From assembly GCA_965214605.1 (NCBI GenBank), contig OZ243961.1, positions 992,001 to 1,056,000 of the forward strand: 64,000 nucleotides of DNA, in the 5' to 3' direction. Origin of the DNA: an uncultured Candidatus Binatia bacterium. GTDB lineage: Bacteria; Desulfobacterota; Binatia; Bin18. The position numbers and the translations under genes are program-made. Positions 20,237 through 29,670 of the stretch are shown one piece after another. The notes beneath the pieces were generated by a model. The model ran no database searches and was not told the origin of the DNA. It saw only the letters and a list, made by a program, of their open reading frames with translations. Position 1 is the first letter of the stretch. Each line of letters opens with the position of its first letter.

Positions 20237-21991
20237 TTAATCTCCATATTTCCGTTCAGCGGGCGGCCAACGAGTAATGACCACATCCCGATACTCTATA
20301 CGTGGCGCGCCGTCGGTTTGGTATGCCATGGAGTGGGCCAGGAAGTTGTCATCGTCGCGTTGGGGATAATCGGTGCGCTGGTGAGAGCCACGCGACTCTT
20401 GCCGAGCAACCGCTGAATAGGCGACGGCTTCGGCCACATCCAGCATACATTCCAACTCCAGGGCTGCGGTAAGCTCGGTATTGAAGGTCAGGCTGCGGTC
20501 GTCCAAGGTGATGTTGGCAAACCGCTCCTTGAGCTCGGATACCTTATCACAGGTGGCTTGCAGCGAGTCCTGGGTTCGATAAATGCCGGCCCCGGTCTCC
20601 ATCGTCGCCGTCATCTCGGTGCGTAGGCTGGCAAGCCGTTCGGTGCCGTCGGTCTTGGCGATGAACCGCTGCTGGATGCGCGTTTGCTCGTCTTTGGCTT
20701 GGGCTTCAAGGGCCTGCGCATCACAGGCCGGCTGTTCTTGGGCAAAGGTCGCAGCCGCACGGCCCGCCCGGGCGCCAAAGACCAACAGCTCGGTGAGCGA
20801 GTTTGAGCCGAGTCGGTTGGCTCCGTTGATGCTCACACACGCACACTCGCCAGCCGCGAATAGGCCCGGCAACGGGGTCGCCGCCTCAATATCAGTATCG
20901 ATCCCACCCATCATGTAGTGCACCACCGGCCGGACCGGAATCGGCTCGTAGACCGGATCAATACCCGCATAGTTCTTTGCCAACTCGCGCACAAAGGGGA
21001 TCTTTCTGTCAATCTTTTCCTCGCCGAGGTGGCGAACGTCGAGGTGGACCACGTCACCGTAGGGGCCCGGCAGAGTGTTGCCCTTGTCGTGCTCTTTGAC
21101 AAAGCACTGCGAGAGCTTGTCGCGCGGCCCGAGTTCCATCGTCCGTTTTTGGGGGTGTGCCGGGTCATTCACATCAAGCGGTTTCCCGAGCTCGTAGTCC
21201 TGGAGATAACGGTAGCCGTTTTTATTGACCAGAACCCCGCCCTCACCACGGGCGGCCTCGGTAATTAGGATGCCTGTGCCTGGCAGGCCAGTCGGATGAT
21301 ACTGGACGAACTCCATGTCTTTGAGCGGTACTCCGGCCCGGTAGGCCAACGCCATGCCGTCGCCAGTCTTGATAGCTCCGTTGGTTGTAAACGGGAAGAT
21401 CCGGCCAGCCCCACCCGTACACATAATAACCGCCTTGGCCAGCACCGGCTGGACCATGCCAGTGCGCAACTCAAGCGCGGTCACGCCCTGACAGCGGCCG
21501 TTCTCGACCAACAGCTTAGTGGCAAAAGACTCATCATAACGCGTGATCGAGGTGTACTGCAGCGAAGTCTGAAACAGCGCGTGCAGCAGGTGGAAACCGG
21601 TCTTATCCGCGGCAAACCAGGTCCGCTCAATCCGCATCCCACCAAATGGCCGTACCGCGACCCGACCGTCGGGCTCCCGACTCCAGGGACAGCCCCAGTG
21701 CTCCAACTGGATAAGCTCGGCCGGCGCTTCCTTGACAAAGAGCTCAACCGCATCCTGGTCGGCCATCCAGTCGGAACCGGTGATCGTATCGTGAATATGA
21801 TCTTCCAGACTGTCGTTTTCTTTGATGACCGCAGCCGTTCCGCCCTCGGCCGCAACCGTATGACTGCGCATCGGGTAGACTTTAGAGACGAGGGCGATAT
21901 CAAGCTGGGGATTGATTTCGGCCACGGCGATAGCAGCGCGGAGCCCCGCCCCGCCACCCCCAACAATAAGTATGTCATGCACAGGTGCCAT
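20237..21991 (-). CDS. frdA: Fumarate reductase flavoprotein subunit
   Basis: [20 protein letters not shown] (Frd-type Glu, covalent-FAD His), [27 protein letters not shown] and [10 protein letters not shown] motifs. Confidence 0.95.
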   Translation of the reverse strand: MAPVHDILIVGGGGAGLRAAIAVAEINPQLDIALVSKVYPMRSHTVAAEGGTAAVIKENDSLEDHIHDTITGSDWMADQDAVELFVKEAPAELIQLEHWGCPWSREPDGRVAVRPFGGMRIERTWFAADKTGFHLLHALFQTSLQYTSITRYDESFATKLLVENGRCQGVTALELRTGMVQPVLAKAVIMCTGGAGRIFPFTTNGAIKTGDGMALAYRAGVPLKDMEFVQYHPTGLPGTGILITEAARGEGGVLVNKNGYRYLQDYELGKPLDVNDPAHPQKRTMELGPRDKLSQCFVKEHDKGNTLPGPYGDVVHLDVRHLGEEKIDRKIPFVRELAKNYAGIDPVYEPIPVRPVVHYMMGGIDTDIEAATPLPGLFAAGECACVSINGANRLGSNSLTELLVFGARAGRAAATFAQEQPACDAQALEAQAKDEQTRIQQRFIAKTDGTERLASLRTEMTATMETGAGIYRTQDSLQATCDKVSELKERFANITLDDRSLTFNTELTAALELECMLDVAEAVAYSAVARQESRGSHQRTDYPQRDDDNFLAHSMAYQTDGAPRIEYRDVVITRWPPAERKYGD

Positions 21992-22006
21992 ACATTCCCT
22001 TTGTGT

Positions 22007-22954
22007 CTAAGCGTTCTGCGCCAGCACCGTGTCCATGGCGGCGACCAATTCTTGCACATGGCTGACCGACACCTGCATCTCCTGCTTCTCCTTATCGCTC
22101 AACGCAATATCCACAACCCGTTCAACCCCTCCAGCGCCAATGCTCACCGGCACACCAAAATACACCCCCTCAATCCCATACTCGCCTTCAAGGTAAGCGG
22201 CGCAGGGCAGGATGTGCTTCTTGTCGTACAGGTACGCTTCGGTCATCTGAACCGCCGCCGAAGCCGGAGAATAGAAAGCCGAGCCGGTCTTGAGCAAGGC
22301 CACAATTTCGCCGCCAGCCTGACGTACCCGCTTCTCGATCTCTTCGAGCCGCTCAGCCGAGATCAGCCGCTCAATTGGGATACCGCCTACCTGGCAGTAG
22401 CTCCGTACCGGCACCATATCATCGCCGTGACCGCCTAAGACCATGGCGGTCACATTTTTGACCGACACGTTCAACTCCTGGGCAATAAAAGTCCGGTAGC
22501 GCGACGAGTCAAGCACCCCGGCCTGGCCAACGACCCGATTTTTGGGGAAGCCGGTGACCCGTTTGGCCAGGGTCACCATAGCGTCGAGCGGGTTGGTGAT
22601 GACAATCAGAAAGCTCTGCGGCGCATATCTGGCGATGTTCTCCGAGACTTCACGCATGATCTTGCAGTTGATGCCCAGCAGATCATCCCGGCTCATACCC
22701 GGCTTACGGGCCACGCCGGCGGTCACGATGCACACATCGGCATCCTGAATGTCGGTATAACTGGTGGTCCCAATCAGATTAACGTCGTAGCCCTCGATCG
22801 GTCCGGCTTCGAGCAGATCAAGAGCCTTGCCCTGGGGCAAGCCGTCAATCACATCGTACAGAACCACATCGCCAAGCCCCTTGAGGGCGCACAAGTGGGC
22901 CAGCGTTCCCCCAATATTCCCAGCACCGATCAGCGCAATTTTTTTCCGTGCCAT
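22007..22954 (-). CDS. mdh: Malate dehydrogenase (LDH-like, tetrameric type)
   Basis: [37 protein letters not shown] and GGHGD motifs. Confidence 0.97.
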   Translation of the reverse strand: MARKKIALIGAGNIGGTLAHLCALKGLGDVVLYDVIDGLPQGKALDLLEAGPIEGYDVNLIGTTSYTDIQDADVCIVTAGVARKPGMSRDDLLGINCKIMREVSENIARYAPQSFLIVITNPLDAMVTLAKRVTGFPKNRVVGQAGVLDSSRYRTFIAQELNVSVKNVTAMVLGGHGDDMVPVRSYCQVGGIPIERLISAERLEEIEKRVRQAGGEIVALLKTGSAFYSPASAAVQMTEAYLYDKKHILPCAAYLEGEYGIEGVYFGVPVSIGAGGVERVVDIALSDKEKQEMQVSVSHVQELVAAMDTVLAQNA

Positions 22955-23115
22955 AGCCTTCTACTCCAAAGCCTTCCCGCTCATCCAAGATTAGAATAGG
23001 GGGTAAGATGCCAAAATTTGCCAATGCTGTCTAGCCCGACAGCTCCCGAACAGAGGGAGGAAAACGCGGCAGATAGCCTAAGCTCAAGCCGAGTTTAGGG
23101 CATGGTCCGAAGCGC

Positions 23116-24018
23116 CTAGTCTGGGCTTGACACAGGTCGGGACTCCTCCCTTAAGAAGTTCACAAATTCCTGGACCGCAGGGGTAAAACGGCGCCCTCGC
23201 TTAGAGATAATCCCCAAGGGGCGCACCACCACCTCATCGGCCAAAGGAATCACCTTCAGGGTTACGTTCTGCACCTCCTGAGCAATACTCGGCTCAGGCA
23301 CGATGGCCAGGTGTGAGCCGAGTTCAACGATCCGCTTGACCGTTTCGATATTGTCCACTTCTGTTGTGTACTGGACCCGGACATGGTGCTGGCGGAAAAT
23401 CCGGTCGAGCGCCCGGCGGGTTGGAATGTCGCGCTCGAACCCGACAAACTTTTCCCGGTCAAGCTGTTGCATCGATAGGCTGCGGAACTTGGCAAACGGG
23501 TGCTGGGGAGCGCAGACTAGGACTAGCTGGTCTTCGCGAAACGGCGTAACCACAATCTGGGGCCGTTTGCTGGGGTAGGCCACGATGCCCAGATCAATAT
23601 CCCCACGGCTCACGTCTTCATAGATCTTATTGACGCGGGTGTACTCCAGGTGGACCTCGACCTCGGGGAAGGTCTGAAGATAACGCTTGAGCGGGGACGA
23701 CAACTCGTACAACCCGACACTGTAGACCGTAGTCACCCGCACGCTGCCGGCTACCGAATGCGACAGTGCCTGGAGCCCTTCTTCAATCTGGCGGTATTTC
23801 TGGGAGATCTGCTTGCCGACTTGGTATAGGGCTTCCCCCGCCTGAGTGAGCCGAATGCGGCCCCGAGAACGCTCGACTAACTGTCGTTCGTAGTGGGCTT
23901 CGAGACTACGGATCTGCTGGCTGACGGCAGACTGAGTCAGCAGGTTCTTGGCCGCAGCGCGGGAAAAACTGCCCGTCTCAACCACGTCACAAAAGACCTT
24001 GAAGATTTCCAGGTGCAT
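23116..24018 (-). CDS. LysR family transcriptional regulator
   Basis: FCDVVETGSFSRAA...TQSAVSQQIRSLE HTH, LTQAGE, and substrate domain DNIETVKRIVELG. Start moved to MHLE at 24018. Confidence 0.95.
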   Translation of the reverse strand: MHLEIFKVFCDVVETGSFSRAAAKNLLTQSAVSQQIRSLEAHYERQLVERSRGRIRLTQAGEALYQVGKQISQKYRQIEEGLQALSHSVAGSVRVTTVYSVGLYELSSPLKRYLQTFPEVEVHLEYTRVNKIYEDVSRGDIDLGIVAYPSKRPQIVVTPFREDQLVLVCAPQHPFAKFRSLSMQQLDREKFVGFERDIPTRRALDRIFRQHHVRVQYTTEVDNIETVKRIVELGSHLAIVPEPSIAQEVQNVTLKVIPLADEVVVRPLGIISKRGRRFTPAVQEFVNFLREESRPVSSPD

Positions 24019-24140
24019 ATGGACAACAACAGATGCAGAGCAGGATGCCAAAATTCAGCCTACCTGTCTAGGATCTGTTTCCCTCAGCGGTTGACTCCCT
24101 AGCCGCTGTCCAGCATGTTCTCGGGAGAGGAGGAGTTGCT

Positions 24141-25718
24141 ATGGCGACCGAACATACTGGCACTCAAACGAGCATCGAAATGACCGGGGCAGAGGCGGTC
24201 ATTCGGACCGCAGCCGCGGCCGGCATCGACGTCTGCTTTGCCAATCCGGGGACAACCGAACTCTACCTGGTGGCGGCACTCGATCGCTGTCCTCAAATCC
24301 GGTCTGTCCTGTCCGTCTTCGAAGGGGTCTGTACTGGTGCGGCGGACGGCTATACCCGGATTAGCGGGCGACCCGCCCTGGCCCTCCTCCACCTCGGCCC
24401 AGGCTTGGCCAACGGTCTGGCCAATCTTCACAACGCCCGCAAAGCCAACTCGCCCGTCGTGTCGGTCGTTGGAGAACACGCCACGTGGCATATCGCGGCC
24501 GACGCGCCGTTGACGTCCGACATCGCTACCCTGGCCCACCCTATGGCCCACTTTGTCAAAACGCCGGCCAGGGTGGAGGATGTCGCCACTGACATGGCGG
24601 AGGTCATTGCCGGAGCCACCAAGCGGCCGAGCGGTCCGGGCACCCTGATCCTGCCCGCTGATATGCAGTGGGCCAAGGTCACCTCTCCCCTCCCCCACCC
24701 CATACTCTCGCAAGCGACCCCGCCCCACTCTGAGGCGGTGGAACGCGCGGCGCGGGCCCTGAGTCGGTCCCAAGCGGCGTTGGTACTAGGTGGCAGCGCA
24801 CTACGCGCGGCGGGCTTACGGGCGGCCGACCGGATCGCCCGAGCCACCGGCTGTAAGGTCTTGGCCCCGACCTTCCCACCGGTCCAAGACCGGGGGCGCG
24901 GCCTGATATGTCCAGACAAGATTCCCTACGCCCCAGAGGCTGCTCGCCAGGTCCTGGAGCCCTATCAAACCCTGGTGCTGGCCGGGGCCGCGAAACCGGT
25001 GGCCTTTTTTGGTTATCCCAACAACCGCAGCGGTTTGTACGCCGAAGACGCCGAGTTGGTCGAGGTGTGTGGCACCGAGGGCGATCCGGCGACTGCCGTG
25101 ATCGCGCTGGCCGAGGCGCTTGACGCTCCGCCCGACCGCCAGGTCCCCACCTCCGACCGGCCAGCGCCACCGACCGGCCCATTGACACCGCGGCATATGT
25201 GTCAGGCGGTGGCGGCCCTTCAGCCCGAGAATGCCATTGTGATGGACGAAGGGGCGACCGCCGGCTTTGGCTACTATCCGCTGGCGGCCGGAGCTCCACC
25301 ATTTACTTATATGGCCTTGACTGGTGGTTCGATCGGCCAGGGCCTGCCGTGTGCGACGGGTGCTGCGACCGCCGCCCCGGACCGGCCAGTGGTGTGTCTG
25401 GAAGGCGACGGCTCATCTCTGTATACCATCCAGGCTCTGTGGACGATGGCCCGCGAGAAACAGCATGTGACCGCCGTTATTTGTAAAAATCGGGCCTACT
25501 CCATTTTGCGCTGGGAGCTGGAACGGGCCAAGATAACTCCAGGTGAAGCGAGTCTCTCCTTAACCGGTTTAGACTCCCCCGTGTTTGACTTTGTCAAACT
25601 GGCCGAAGGCTTTGGGGTCGAGGCACGGGCGGTGTGGACGGCTGAGGAGTTAAATGAGGCTCTGCTCTATGGGTTTCAAACCTCGGGACCGATGCTGATC
25701 GAAGCCAACCTGGAATAA
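24141..25718 (+). CDS. ThDP-dependent enzyme (acetolactate synthase large subunit-like / BFD-like family)
   Basis: FANPGTTE, FEGVCTGAADGY, LHLGPGLANG, GGSIGQG and the GDGS...N ThDP-binding motif. Confidence 0.9.
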   Translation: MATEHTGTQTSIEMTGAEAVIRTAAAAGIDVCFANPGTTELYLVAALDRCPQIRSVLSVFEGVCTGAADGYTRISGRPALALLHLGPGLANGLANLHNARKANSPVVSVVGEHATWHIAADAPLTSDIATLAHPMAHFVKTPARVEDVATDMAEVIAGATKRPSGPGTLILPADMQWAKVTSPLPHPILSQATPPHSEAVERAARALSRSQAALVLGGSALRAAGLRAADRIARATGCKVLAPTFPPVQDRGRGLICPDKIPYAPEAARQVLEPYQTLVLAGAAKPVAFFGYPNNRSGLYAEDAELVEVCGTEGDPATAVIALAEALDAPPDRQVPTSDRPAPPTGPLTPRHMCQAVAALQPENAIVMDEGATAGFGYYPLAAGAPPFTYMALTGGSIGQGLPCATGAATAAPDRPVVCLEGDGSSLYTIQALWTMAREKQHVTAVICKNRAYSILRWELERAKITPGEASLSLTGLDSPVFDFVKLAEGFGVEARAVWTAEELNEALLYGFQTSGPMLIEANLE

Positions 25719-25808
25719 GCCGGGCGTCAGTCTTGGCCATGTCTGGACGCCAGCCACAAAGCGTGTCATAGCTGGCAGTCGGGAGCACCGAGACATAAGG
25801 AGGGAGGC

Positions 25809-26276
25809 ATGAAAATTAGAGCTACGTCGCACATCGCCATTGGCGTTAGCAACATGGCTGAGTCGCTACAATTCTATCGAGATCTGCTGGGCCTGCGCGT
25901 CACCCTGGACGATCCCAATGAAAACCCGGGAGGCATGCTGCGGACGGTCACCGGCGCGGAACAGCCCGGCCGTCACGGGGTCTATCTGCGCTGGGAGGAC
26001 GGCCCAGACGCCACTTTCATCGTCCTGTCCCAGAACCGTCCCACCTCGGGAGAGGCAATTAATCTGAACCAGATCGGTATCCATCACTTCGCCTTCTGGG
26101 TGGACGATCTGGAGGAGACCTTTGAGCAGGTCAAGGCCGCAGGCGTCCCAATCGTCCTGGCCCCAAAGGTCTTCGACAGCGTCGCCTACGGGGAAGCGCC
26201 GGGTGGCAAAGTCATGACCACCCTGTTCAAAGACCCCGATGGGATCGTCATCCAGCTCGATCAGCGGGTCTCTTAA
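25809..26276 (+). CDS. VOC (glyoxalase/bleomycin resistance) family protein
   Basis: SHIAIGVSNMAESLQFYRDLLG, GIHHFAFWVDD and FKDPDG motifs. Confidence 0.92.
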   Translation: MKIRATSHIAIGVSNMAESLQFYRDLLGLRVTLDDPNENPGGMLRTVTGAEQPGRHGVYLRWEDGPDATFIVLSQNRPTSGEAINLNQIGIHHFAFWVDDLEETFEQVKAAGVPIVLAPKVFDSVAYGEAPGGKVMTTLFKDPDGIVIQLDQRVS

Positions 26277-26292
26277 TGAGGGAGGAAGTCGC

Positions 26293-27279
26293 ATGGCATT
26301 TGGCGCGAATAACGTGGAATACGAAGTGATCGAAGGCTGGGAGCACCTGCCTGAAGGATGGTCGTTTGTTGAGGTGGCGGGCGTGGCCACCGACTCCCAA
26401 GACCGGGTGTATGCTTTTAACCGAGGCGAACACCCGATGATCGTCTTTGACCGTGACGGTAAATTTCTCGACGCCTGGGGAGAAGACGTGTTTACCAATG
26501 CTCACGGCATCTTTATCGGCCCGGACGATACCATCTACTGCGCCGACAATTTCGATCACACGGTCCGTTTGTTCAAGCCCGACGGGACGCTGCTCAAAAC
26601 CCTGGGCGAGAAAGACAAACCCACCGACACCGGCTTCAAAGCCTGGTCAACTCCGGTTCAAAAGTCGGCCGGCCCGTTCAATATGGTGACCAATGTCGCC
26701 CTGGATCCAGACGGTGCGATGTATATTGCCGACGGCTACGGTAACGCCCGGGTGCATAAGTTCTCGGCCGCCGGTGAGCTGCTGTTCTCCTGGGGGGAAC
26801 CCGGCAGCGGCCCGGGGCAGTTTAAAATCCCGCACTCAATTGCGGTTGACCGCCGCGGCACGGTGTACGTTGCCGACCGGGAGAACTCCCGCATTCAGGT
26901 GTTCAGCGGCGACGGTGAATACCGCACCGAATGGACCCATGTGAACCGGCCCGACGACCTGTATATTGATGCTGATGAAAACTTGTTTGTTGCCGAGCTC
27001 GGCTTCAAGGTCGCCAGTATGCCGAACGGCTTGGGCGCGGAAGTGCCCCCCCACGAGCCGCCGTCGTGCGTCAGCGTGTTGACCCTGGACGGCGAAGTCC
27101 AACATCGCTTTGGCGAGCACGGCTTAGAGCCGGGAAATTTCTATGCTCCGCACGGCATCTGGGCCGACTCGCGGGGCGATTTATACGTCAGTGAGGTGAA
27201 CTATAGCGCGGGCGGGCGGCAGGGGTTGATCCCGCTCGACGGCCATGTCCTGCAAAAGTTCATACGCCTCAACAAATAA
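26293..27279 (+). CDS. Peptidyl-alpha-hydroxyglycine alpha-amidating lyase (PAL)-like NHL-repeat beta-propeller
   Basis: NHL repeats with AHGI, ADGYGNARV, FKIPHSIA, ADRENSRIQ and PHGI. No signal peptide. GGAGGA RBS before ATG 26293. Confidence 0.85.
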   Translation: MAFGANNVEYEVIEGWEHLPEGWSFVEVAGVATDSQDRVYAFNRGEHPMIVFDRDGKFLDAWGEDVFTNAHGIFIGPDDTIYCADNFDHTVRLFKPDGTLLKTLGEKDKPTDTGFKAWSTPVQKSAGPFNMVTNVALDPDGAMYIADGYGNARVHKFSAAGELLFSWGEPGSGPGQFKIPHSIAVDRRGTVYVADRENSRIQVFSGDGEYRTEWTHVNRPDDLYIDADENLFVAELGFKVASMPNGLGAEVPPHEPPSCVSVLTLDGEVQHRFGEHGLEPGNFYAPHGIWADSRGDLYVSEVNYSAGGRQGLIPLDGHVLQKFIRLNK

Positions 27280-27599
27280 GCCGCAGCCCTTCTCCCCCTC
27301 TCTGCCGGCCTTACAGCCGCGCAGGAAGAGCCGGGAGAACCCTCCTCGGTCCGCTGACTTCACTCGGCAACCGCCCGACAATGACCGGCATTTTCGCCGT
27401 ACAAATGGCCTCTCACGGTGAGAGGTTCTCATATCCTAAATATAGTCTGGAATCTGGGCGCTAGCCTACTCTTCGCCGTATGCGACGCGTCGGCAGAGGC
27501 AGATGCTCTGGGGAACACCAAAAGAAGCCCATGCACTTAACATCGTCGTCGCCGGACGAAATCCCGGGTTCATGCCGGCTGGAAACCTCGCAGGTTTAC

Positions 27600-27820
27600 C
27601 CCGCATGAATTGACCTGGAAGCCTGACCGGCGGCGGCGCCTCGGTCCGCCGGAGCTTGGGCGGCACGAGGAACGATTTTCTCGTGCCGAGATGCCGCAGC
27701 TCCTCTTGTTTAGCGAGTCACGGTATCTCGAAAGGGCGAACCTCGGCCTCGACAATGGTCCGCCGGGTCTGGCGGAGTGTAGCATGCTCCCTACTAAAGG
27801 GTGGTCTAACGTATGGACCA
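27600..27820 (-). pseudogene. Probable acyl-CoA dehydrogenase N-terminal remnant
   Basis: Minus frame gives FSREHATLRQTRRTIVEAEVRPFEIP-stop-LAKQEELRHLG...FLVPPKL then, after a frameshift, GGP. This resembles EHxxLRxxVRxFVxxEVxP...VPEEYGG. Boundaries are approximate. Confidence 0.4.
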
Positions 27821-27899
27821 TATTCGCTGGTCTTTCGATAATCGGCGCTGACCATCAAGGTCTGCACCAACACATGGATTTTCGGGCTTGTCGGGGATT

Positions 27900-28236
27900 G
27901 CTAATCTCAGAGGCGCTGCGCCGAGAGGTCTGCTGAAAACGCTTCGGCCCGCAGCTCAGCTTCCTCCCCGCCCGAGAACACCGAATGGTCCTGGGCATAA
28001 ACCGGGGGCGGATGTCCTAGCGGTCGTGCTCGGCCATGTCTTTTGACAGACCGCCTGCGTATTCAACCCCAATTCAGGAGCCTAGCCGAGAGACACGCCC
28101 ACGCTGTCTCCGCGCTCACGCCGCGGACGATCTTGCGCGGCCAGGTGATGGGGCGGGGGCGGGAAGGCCGCTGATAGTCAGCTCCAATTCGATCAAGGGT
28201 GTGTAGGGGAATCCGATTGGTGGCCACTTGGACCAT
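27900..28236 (-). pseudogene. Possible decayed AhpD/carboxymuconolactone decarboxylase-family gene
   Basis: MVQVATNRIPL...RKIVRGVSAETAWACLSAR...stop...SVFSGGEEAELRAEAFSAD loosely follows KExVRLxxAxxxxCxxCxSxR...FSERExAALxxAE. Contains in-frame stops. Confidence 0.25.
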
Positions 28237-28375
28237 TGTCTTGCTCTCTTCTTCAATGCTGCAGGTCCGTTTCACGAGCGAGGCTGGGCAAGATCAAGCT
28301 CTCACACCCTCAAATAATATTCCCGGTTCGCTTATCGGCAAAGGGCCTGATCATGTGCGCGAATGGAGCCACGTC

Positions 28376-29227
28376 TCATCTCAGGCGGTGGGCGATCTCA
28401 GCATATTTATCGAGAAACGGCAGCACCTCCTCACGGCCGGCGCTTGGCGCTCGGACAACAGTGCGGATCGCCCCAAGCGCTCTGTAGCGTTCGAGTCGGC
28501 CCATGCCCGGGGCATGAACCAGGAAGAACGAAATTGGAATGGACTCGGGAGCGCGGCCAGCGGCCCTGGCTCTGTCGTGCAGGTCGGCAATCGCGGCCGG
28601 CATATCGGCAATCGCCGTCTCAACCGGAATCCAACCGTCACACAGGTCGACCACCCGCTGGCGGCCTAGCCGAGAACTCAGACTGCCCATCAAAATAGGT
28701 GGGTGGGGTGTGGTCAGCGGCTTGGGGTAGGACCAGATCCGATCAAAATTCACAAACTCGCCGTGATAGCTTGATTCGTCTTGGGTCCACAGCACTTTCA
28801 TGGCCTGAACGCGCTCGGTCAAGACCTTCCAGCGTTTGTTGGGCGGTGTGCCGTGGTTGGCCATCTCCTCTTTATTCCAGCCCGCGCCAATGCCGAAAAT
28901 AAACCGTCCATTTGAAATCCGATCAAGCGAGGCGACCTGCTTGGCCTGGACAATCGGGTCGTGCTCGGTCACTAGCGAGATACCGGTGCCGAGTTTGAGC
29001 TTGGTAGTCACTGCCGCGGCTGCGGCCAGACCGATAAAGGGGTCGGACATGTGGGCGTATTCCTGAGGCAGTTCGCCGCCACCTGGGAAAGGGGATTCAC
29101 GGCTGGCCGGAATATGGGTGTGCTCGGGCAGCCACAGCGACTCAAACCCCCGCGCCTCACACTCCCTGGCCAGTTCATCGGCCGGCAGCGTGTATTCGGT
29201 GTTGAAGCTGAAAACGCCAAGATCCAT
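28376..29227 (-). CDS. LLM class, probable F420-dependent oxidoreductase (Rv2161c-like)
   Basis: RGFESLWLPEHTHIP, DPFIGLAAAAAVT, AKQVASLDRISNGRFIFGIGAGWNKEEMANHG and WSYPKP motifs. Confidence 0.9.
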   Translation of the reverse strand: MDLGVFSFNTEYTLPADELARECEARGFESLWLPEHTHIPASRESPFPGGGELPQEYAHMSDPFIGLAAAAAVTTKLKLGTGISLVTEHDPIVQAKQVASLDRISNGRFIFGIGAGWNKEEMANHGTPPNKRWKVLTERVQAMKVLWTQDESSYHGEFVNFDRIWSYPKPLTTPHPPILMGSLSSRLGRQRVVDLCDGWIPVETAIADMPAAIADLHDRARAAGRAPESIPISFFLVHAPGMGRLERYRALGAIRTVVRAPSAGREEVLPFLDKYAEIAHRLR

Positions 29228-29247
29228 ACACATGTCTCCTGTCCGAT

Positions 29248-29655
29248 TTACACAAACTCAAGCGCGGCCCCGCTGTGCGTGATCCGACGGTAATAGCAGC
29301 GCGGCCTGGCCTGTCCATCCTGATCTTTGGTATGACACACCCCACCCCGGCGGGGAATCACGCGATACAGGAGAGAATTCTGCTCGCAGTTGAGACGCAC
29401 CTCGACCAGATCAAGGACGTCGCCCGAGGTCGCTCCCTTGTGCCACAGCTCGTTGCGTGAGGTTGACCACAACACTGCCTGACGGCGGTCTAGCGTCTCC
29501 CGCAGAGCCAACTCGTTGGCATAGCCGATAAACAACACGTCGCCCGTCTGAGCATGTTGCAAGACGACCGGAACCACGTCCAGTCCTTTGTCTGCGATGC
29601 TGGCTAACTTCTTGAAATCAAGCTTGATTTCAGTCCCCTCTTCCAAGACATTCAT
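29248..29655 (-). CDS. Phosphoribosyl-AMP cyclohydrolase (HisI)-like protein with a divergent active site
   Basis: VPVVLQHAQTGDVL, WSTSRNELWHKGATSG and CHT...CYY are retained. The canonical DCDxD reads NCEQN. Confidence 0.8.
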   Translation of the reverse strand: MNVLEEGTEIKLDFKKLASIADKGLDVVPVVLQHAQTGDVLFIGYANELALRETLDRRQAVLWSTSRNELWHKGATSGDVLDLVEVRLNCEQNSLLYRVIPRRGGVCHTKDQDGQARPRCYYRRITHSGAALEFV

Positions 29656-29670
29656 GCTACGTCTTCCCTG

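Noticed and set aside
21296-22438. Long antisense ORFs (380 aa here; also 2907-3749, 12728-13489, 15383-16342, 51468-52343)
   Set aside because: They lie opposite well-supported genes and lack motifs. Such shadow ORFs are expected in GC-rich coding DNA.
23009-23024. TGGCAAATTTTGGCA upstream of mdh as a sigma54 promoter
   Set aside because: The GG-to-GC spacing is one base short of the strict -24/-12 requirement. It could still be a regulator site, but I cannot support that.
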